From: Octopus bimaculoides
Lineage: Eukaryota
DNA: 41,504 nucleotides
Reading direction: 5' to 3'
Assembly: GCF_001194135.2 (NCBI RefSeq)
Contig: NC_068984.1
Coordinates: 100,832,301 to 100,873,804 of the forward strand
Below the pieces are notes generated by a model that was given only the letters and a program-made list of their open reading frames with translations, did not search any database and was not told the DNA's origin. The position numbers were made by a program, and so were the translations under genes. Of the stretch, positions 34,601-41,504 are shown in pieces. Each line of letters starts with the position of its first letter. Within the stretch, counting starts at the first letter, position 1.

Positions 34601-35231
34601 TAGCCAATTCGAGGCACCCCCATTCGTCTGTGGCGTCAGTAGTTATAATAATTTCAATGAAAAAAAATGTGGCTACAGTGAATATAGAATGTTATCTCTC
34701 CATAAGAATATCTTGTTATTCCGCATAATAGAAAACCTATATATAAGGATAGATAAACAAAAATATACAACGCTTTGCATCTTCTCTTCGATATGAATTT
34801 CTAAAAAATATTATAATGTTATGTATAACATAGAAATTGGAAAAAAATCAAATGGGGACACGAAGACAACAAAGGATTATCACGAGAATCAAACACACAA
34901 ACACATAAACACGCACACATACACACACATGTATATACACATATATATGCATACATACACATGTACATACACAGATGCATAATACACACATATATATATA
35001 TATATATATATACACATGCATAGGCATACAAACATATATATATATANNNNNNNNNNNNNNNNNNNNNNNNNNNNNNNNNNNNNNNNNNNNNNNNNNNNNN
35101 NNNNNNNNNNNNNNNNNNNNNNNNNNNNNNNNNNNNNNNNNNNNNNNNNNNNNNNNNNNNNNNNNNNNNNNNNNNNNNNNNNNNNNAAAAAACAAGATAT
35201 ATGCATATATGTATATATATATGTATGTATG

Positions 35232-35270
<39 letters not shown>

Positions 35271-35358
35271 ATGCATAGAGATATAGAAACGAAAACACAC
35301 TGATAAATAAACATACAGACAAATACGCAAATAGGCACAAAATAAAACACACATAATT

Positions 35359-35404
<46 letters not shown>

Positions 35405-35730
35405 ACACACACAGCACCCTTTACATTGTTGTGCAACTTGCATAAATACCAAACAAGTTTCCTCCAAATCACATTCCAGCCATCCACCCATCAGTTCATA
35501 CATACATACATACACACACACACATGTATTTACGCATATACATACATAATTACTATAACCCAGTTTACAGGATGGTGACTAACACAAAGACGTGATAGTC
35601 ATGGCTGGAAGGTCTTTGAACACAGGTGTGTTCAGTCAAGATTAACCTGGATATAAACAGGGATAACAACGAAAACGATAATAGTAATCAGAACACTGCC
35701 ACCGCTACCAACACCACCACCACCGCCACC

Positions 35731-35790
35731 ACCACCATCGCCGCCACCGCCACCACCATCGCCGCCACCGCCACCACCATCGCCGCCACC
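35731..35790 (+). repeat. GC-rich 21-bp minisatellite (ACCACCATCGCCGCCACCGCC) running into a gap
   Basis: Units at 35731, 35752 and 35773. Confidence 0.9.
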
Positions 35791-36361
35791 NNNNNNNNNN
35801 NNNNNNNNNNNNNNNNNNNNNNNNNNNNNNNNNNNNNNNNNNNNNNNNNNNNNNNNNNNNNNNNNNNNNNNNNNNNNNNNNNNNNNNNNNNNNNNNNNNN
35901 NNNNNNNNNNNNNNNNNNNNNNNNNNNNNNNNNNNNNNNNNNNNNNNNNNNNNNNNNNNNNNNNNNNNNNNNNNNNNNNNNNNNNNNNNNNNNNNNNNNN
36001 NNNNNNNNNNNNNNNNNNNNNNNNNNNNNGTAACTATACACTTCCGGTTCATGACGAAAACGGTATCTCTAATGGAATGTCAGTAAATTTTAGCTGCTAT
36101 TAAGGTCACATGTGTGTGCGTGAGGGCGCATGTAGGGGGGGGTAAGGATTGCAGGTGTGTGGGGGGGAAGAGTTCGGGTATTTTTACGAGTATAAGTGAA
36201 CAGGGTGGGAATGGACGTGTATGTGTGGGAGCGCACCCAAGTTCACCTGTGTCTATACACAGGTGATAGGTGTGCATGCATGCATGTATGCATGTGTATT
36301 TGAGTGTGTGTGTATTCTGTAGTATGTCTTTGTGTATATACACACACACATATGTATATCA

Positions 36362-36417
36362 GTGCTCCAGCATGGTCGCAGTCAAATGTTTGAAACAAGT
36401 AACAGAATAACAGAATA
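36362..36417 (+). mobile_element. SINE family A extreme 3' fragment
   Basis: GTGCTCCAGCATGGTCGCAGTCAAATGTTTGAAACAAGTAA. Confidence 0.8.
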
Positions 36418-36749
36418 TATATACGGTAACGTTTTTGCCATTATAACATGGCTGTTCTATAATGAACTATGTCACTACATTTTAACCCCAGGAAAACGTC
36501 TTTTCCAGCTGGTTAACGGCACAGCCTGTGCCCGATATATTGTGAGTGAGGGAGCTAATCACTCCCCTCCAGCTTGGCAAGACCAGTAGACCATGGTTTC
36601 TGGGTCTTTACTCTTCATCGGTACTGGACAACTGCCTGCTAGAGATGACAGTCAATCGTCTCTACTCATGATATATAAACAGAAAAGTGACAGACAGCCA
36701 CTGATCTCGTAACGAGCCAAGTAGCTAGTTCTAATGGTTCGCTCTCTTA

Positions 36750-37180
36750 CAATATATCGGGCAGGCAGTGTTTATCTCTCTGATGGCCTTAGCGAAAGAG
36801 GTTTGGTGGTGGACGTGGTTGAAAGGGCCGAAGGTAGATCCTTACTTCTTTAGCCAAGCCTACATCAACGTTTTTAAGTTCCACCAGAAAAGGAAAGTGA
36901 GGTTGAAGAAGGAAGGGCTGCCTTCCAGTAAATTTGATGAAAGGTGGGTGAATGTAGCAATGATGAAAGACGACGATGAGGAGAGGGCACTTATTTCAGT
37001 TTTGTGAGGTTTCCAAGAGCAGCTCTAAAAAGTTCCTCTTTTTTGGAGAGAAAAATTTATTGTTGGTATTTATGTTACTGCTGTTCTTTTTTTACATGCT
37101 CCTTTAGGTAACCCCGCATTGCATTGTTCTCTACCGTTCCAAATGTTTCTGTGAATCCTTAGCGATTAATAAAGAAAACA
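36750..37180 (+). mobile_element. L1/Tx1-like LINE 3' terminal fragment
   Basis: ORF 36768-37007 (LMALAKEVWWWTWLKG..FKFHQKRKVR..ERWVNVA) parallels the end of 7860-9441; AATAAA at 37168. Confidence 0.65.
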
Positions 37181-37521
37181 TTATTGTTGTTGTTGTTGTT
37201 GTTGTTGTTTCGGGTTTACTGCAATGAAAGCCATATATGAAATGTTAAAAGTATAACATTTTTCCTTACAGATATTATTTTTAAACTGCAGCGTTTATTT
37301 ATGTCTTTAACTCGCTTTGGTATTTTCAGCGACAATCTAGCCAGTTATTTATGTGTGCTGACAATTACAGTGGTTAGTAGTGGTGGCCAGTATTTAACCT
37401 GCAGCCATAGCGTTTGATCTTAGTTTTTATTGTGGGTTTGTCTGTTGTTGCTACAGTTAATGCATATGATATGGTGTACATTTCCAGGGCATAAAACGGT
37501 TCTGTAACCCTCGTGGACAAC

Positions 37522-39250
37522 ATGAACAAATGAAAATGTAAAAATCTAGAATTGGAAAGCAAATTTCGTGTTTAAAAAAAAATGCAAGGATGAATGGGAA
37601 GCGCAGTGCTTCATGTGCAAACCATAGAGATTTGTCTCTGTTGCAAATAAAGCTATTAATGAATTGAAAACACATGTGAACACAAGCAAATGAAAAATAG
37701 CATTTTATGGAGAGGAGAGATCAATGCAGCTGGTAGATTCTTTCATCAAACCAAAACTGAAAATGCTACCTCGATTGCTGAAGTTACTTTAGCCCTTTGC
37801 CTGTCCACAGCGCTTTCATAATTTTGTAATAAATGTCAAAGCTTGATTTCAGACTTTTCTTAGTCCTTGCTTCATACATTTTCAGTTAAAATAAAACTTT
37901 CCTTTCATAAGCCAACATGGGGCTTACGCTGGCGGTTGAGAAAAATGGGAACATGCATCATATATGATGCTTAGACGCCAGGAAAATATGTCCGGAGTTT
38001 CTCAAGCGAAACACAGGTCAGGCAAAGGATTAAATACTTCACTTTGTTAAACACCTTTATGAACTGTTCACGAACCTAGTTAAAAAACGAAGATACAAGA
38101 ACGTTCTCTAATTCTGGGGTTGCAATGAAGTCTTCTAGTGTTTAGAACAAAAATCACAAGTAATGCTTAATTCTGTGCTTGCACCAACTTCTCTCAATGT
38201 TGCCTTGAAAAATCTTGAAGCAAATAATATAGCATACTGTAGAATTGCTATAGATGGAAGTAATTACTATTCAATCCATCTGCTTCCTCTAATTAATCAG
38301 TATTTTGACTGAAATAATTGTTTACAGTCAAAAGTAACTAAATTAAAGAACACGCCTTATGACAATGGCAAATTATATGAAGCAGACTCTGGAGAAAATA
38401 GTGTCTGTGAGAAATACGTTACATTCACACGTGACAAAGGCTTATAGGATTCAGGCGTAATGAAGACAATATGAATACGCTTGCAAATTTTAAGAAAATG
38501 TTTCAAAAGCAATCATTAATTGGAGTGGGTTGCTTACAATTATGCCCATCACTGAGCAAAAAGAATGGATATTGATATTCAAAATATCGGTAAAATTTAT
38601 CAATGTTTTCATATCGACATAAATGGAACTGAAATGATCAACATTGTGGTTTTGTTGAAATTGAATACTGGAAGTGCTTCTCTCACAATAAGACTTGTTG
38701 GCTGTCACTATTGTTTGACATTGCCAGGCTCACATAGATGTTTCCTGTTTTCTTTCAGTTGTATGACAAACCACCTACAGTAATTAAAAAATTCATTGAG
38801 AATGAAATTACCGCTGCGAAACGCACTCGTTTAATATATTTGACATACACATTCAAGCAATTGAAAGAGAAAGTACTTCTATTGAAGAAGTGTTGAGAAA
38901 TTTAGGATCTGTTCAGAAAAAGGTTGTAGGACGCAAAAATCAAAATGTTGTGGCTTTGAAAGTTACGGGACAGCTGCTTGATAAAAACCACAGAAAAAGA
39001 AACGAGAAAGAACGTGAGACATTTTCTTCTAAAATACTACAGAGGCTTACGGTATACTGAGGCCTGTATGAAACCAATAGAAGATTTTCGTTTTCTGTTC
39101 CAACTGGATAACTTTGAGAGAAATACCTTACTGGATTTATATCAAACCATGTTTTAAATATTTGATTCATAATGTGAAGTTAGTAACTGGAAACACTTTG
39201 TGTTAAGTCAGCTAAATTATAAATTTTTTTTACCTAACTTAAAAACGCAA
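37522..39250 (+). mobile_element. Degenerate hAT-superfamily transposase remnant
   Basis: ATG at 37522, then a BED-like EAQCFMC..SVANKAINELKTHVNT, IAEVTLA, an insertion of about 240 bp (about 37796-38037), LNSVLAP, IAIDGSN..PLINQYFD, LIGVGC, KIYQCFHI, SHNKTCWLSL (KTRWLSL-like). TIRs were not identified. Confidence 0.7.
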
Positions 39251-39310
39251 TGCAATACAGAATATCGACATCTGTGTATGTGTGTGTGCGTGTGTCTGTG
39301 CTTATATATA

Positions 39311-39435
39311 TTGTCGAAGCGCGTAAGCTCGAAACGTAAAAGACTTTTCCATTCTTCCCTAACGTTAAACTAATACAGCTGCTCGTTGTTCCTACACCTG
39401 CCTTCGTCTTTTGTTTTCTGTAAATTTGAACTATA
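39311..39435 (+). mobile_element. Possible Penelope-type pseudo-LTR fragment with degenerate hammerhead-like motif
   Basis: TTGTCGA-AGC-GCGTAA-GCT-C-GAAA-CG-TA-AAAGAC between (TA)n tracts; the core and stem I are defective. Confidence 0.3.
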
Positions 39436-39445
39436 TATGTATATA

Positions 39446-40370
39446 TAGGATCATATCATAAATGATGCGGTTTTTCAATTGCGTGAACTAAAAGTCGGAG
39501 GGGGACGGAATAAACTACCTGCATCAACTTGCTATAAAAGCAGGTAGTAATGTTACCTTAATTTTATTCTTTGTGCAAGTTTTGAAGAGTACAGTTCGAT
39601 TTTAGCAGTTATTTATTCAAAGCTATAATAAAAGTAGCAAAGGAGCATATTCGGCATATTTTGCTTTATGAGTTCAATAAAGGCAACAACAGCAACGGAA
39701 AGCGCGAGGAATATTAATGCCGTATGTGCGGATCAGACAATAAGCGTAAGTTAGCGTCAACGGTGGTTCCAGAAATTCCGAACCGGAAACTACAGCCTAG
39801 AAGACGAGCCTCGTCCTGGAAGATCTGTAGTGCTCGACGAGGACGTCCTGAAAACCATGGTAGAACAAAATCCCATCGTAATTGTTGAGGAACTAGCAGA
39901 GAAGCTTGGATTTGTTCATTCAACCATTCATTTACACCTGCGTGAAGAAGAAAAACAACCACCTTTGGTTTCAAGACGAAAGGTGTTCCTCCATCAGGAT
40001 AATGCTCAGCCACATACAGTGAGGATGACATCCCAAAGACTGGAGCAGTTTGAATGGGAAATGATACCCCAACCATCATATTCGCCGAACATTACCTCAT
40101 CTGATTATCAATTATTCCGCAGTTTTCAAAATGATTTGAACGGAAAAAATATGAATTCTGTAGACGAGGTCAGAACAGTACTGGATGAGAATTTTTCGTC
40201 ACGGACAAGTGAATTTTGGAAGAGGAGCCTTGCAAGCCTACCAGATAGATGGAAGAGCATTGTAGAAAATGAAGGAGAGTATATTTTAGATTAAAAAAGA
40301 ACTTTGTTTATCTTAATTTTGAAAAGTAAAAGAAGTATTAAAAAGCCACATTATTTATGGGATGACCCAA
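39446..40370 (+). mobile_element. Mariner element (925 bp) with both TIRs, TA flanks and internal deletion; transposase pseudogene
   Basis: TIRs: TAGGATCATATCATAAATGATGCGG on the left and the reverse complement of TTGGGTCATCCCATAAATAATGTGG on the right. Protein motifs: HIRHILLYEF, QRWFQKFR..DEPRPG, HQDNAQPH, YSPNITSSDYQLFRS. The start codon is ATA, with a frameshift and a stop in the N-terminus. Confidence 0.93.
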
Positions 40371-40757
40371 TATATANNNNNNNNNNNNNNNNNNNNNNNN
40401 NNNNNNNNNNNNNNNNNNNNNNNNNNNNNNNNNNNNNNNNNNNNNNNNNNNNNNNNNNNNNNNNNNNNNNNNNNNNNNNNNNNNNNNNNNNNNNNNNNNN
40501 NNNNNNNNNNNNNNNNNNNNNNNNNNNNNNNNNNNNNNNNNNNNNNNNNNNNNNNNNNNNNNNNNNNNNNNNNNNNNNNNNNNNNNNNNNNNNNNNNNNN
40601 NNNNNNNNNNNNNNNNNNNNNNNNNNNNNNNNNNNNNNNNNNNNNNNNNNNNNNNNNNNNNNNNNNNNNNNNNNNNNNNNNNNNNNNNNNNNNNNNNNNN
40701 NNNNNNNNNNNNNNNNGTGTGTGTGTGTGTGTGTGAGTGTGTGTGTCTATGCATAGA

Positions 40758-41050
40758 AGCGCATGGCTTACTGGGTTGGGTACTCGGCTCACGATCGTAA
40801 GGCCATGAGTTTGAGTGTCACCTTGAGTAAAAAAACATTTTATTTCACGTTGCTCCAGTCCACTTAGCTGGCAAAAATGAGTTGTACCTGTAATACAAAG
40901 GGGCAGCCTTGTCATATTCTGTGTCACATTGAATCACTCCGAGAACGACATTAAGGGTACGCGTATCTGTGGAGTGCTCAAAAACTTGCACGTTAATTTC
41001 AGGAGAGGGCTGGTCCATTGATCGGATCAGCTGGTACCGACTGAGTGCCA
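40758..41050 (+). mobile_element. tRNA-derived SINE, family B
   Basis: AGCGCATGGCTTACTGG head; collinear with 6657-6925; followed by (TATG)n. Confidence 0.85.
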
Positions 41051-41504
41051 GGTATGTATGTATGTATGTATGTATGTATGTATGTATGTATGTATTTATA
41101 AGTAAGTGTATGTATGTACGTGTGTATGTGTGTGCGTATGTATCTACGTGTGCATGTATGTATGTATGTATGTATGTATGTTTACTTGTGTGTATGTAAG
41201 TTATGCAAATACGCACAATTGGTTGTCACGGCTGCTTCATGTTTAAATAGCCCTAAAGCGTGTGCCAGCCGCGCGCCGAGGGGGAGTCGGATATCTCCAG
41301 GAACGTTCTCCTTTTTAAAGTTCATTCATAGCAACCTCTCATATATAGCAACCACACGCACACGCACACTCTCTCTTTCTTTTTCTCTCTATCTATTTCT
41401 GCCTTTCTCTCACTCTCTCGCCCTTTATCTATTTCTGCTTCTCTTTCTTTCTCTCTCTCCCGCCCTCTCTATATACATATGGGCATGCGTGTGCGCGCGT
41501 GTCT

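Noticed and set aside
35626-36033. Mucin-like Thr/Ala-rich ORF
   Set aside because: It is produced by a 21-bp minisatellite plus a gap, with no start or splice support.
36243-36266. 10-bp hairpin TCACCTGTGT-CTAT-ACACAGGTGA
   Set aside because: It is isolated in TG/CA-rich sequence where such stems arise easily, with no supporting context.
39830-40294. SETMAR-like host gene
   Set aside because: It lies between mariner TIRs, has no SET domain, and has a broken N-terminus and an internal deletion.
155-41216. Many ORFs with poly-I/Y/V/C, HT, ER or X runs, including the 389-aa ORF at 15307
   Set aside because: They are translations of microsatellites and N gaps, not genes.

Overview
Eukaryotic, AT-rich, repeat-dominated window from a gapped short-read assembly. 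There are 16 N-gaps, most next to microsatellites. The SINE and LINE repertoire looks like a cephalopod (octopus) genome; that attribution is my recognition and was not searched. I can support no intact host gene. Most ORFs in the track are microsatellite or N-gap artefacts, and the rest are pieces of decayed transposons. Recognisable elements: tRNA-derived SINEs of about three families; at least eight R4/Dong-type RLE LINE fragments, of which the six with a simple-repeat flank sit in (TAA)n tracts; L1/Tx1-like and CR1-like LINE remnants; Chapaev3-like, hAT-like and Tc1/mariner DNA transposon remnants; and a Penelope-like element (RT plus GIY-YIG) with an inverted pseudo-LTR (31056-33251). The best finding is in that pseudo-LTR: a 33-nt minimal hammerhead ribozyme fold with a compensatory A3-U8 core pair in place of C3-G8 and a palindromic stem III. 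It is intact at 31111-31143 (-) and decayed at 33142-33174 (+). Other findings include a head-to-tail chain of TAA-flanked elements, a TAA-flanked non-coding element, a 17-bp minisatellite born from a microhomology in a LINE ORF, a MITE-like 127-bp inverted repeat, and a 20-bp direct repeat around a SINE plus about 340 bp of extra sequence.
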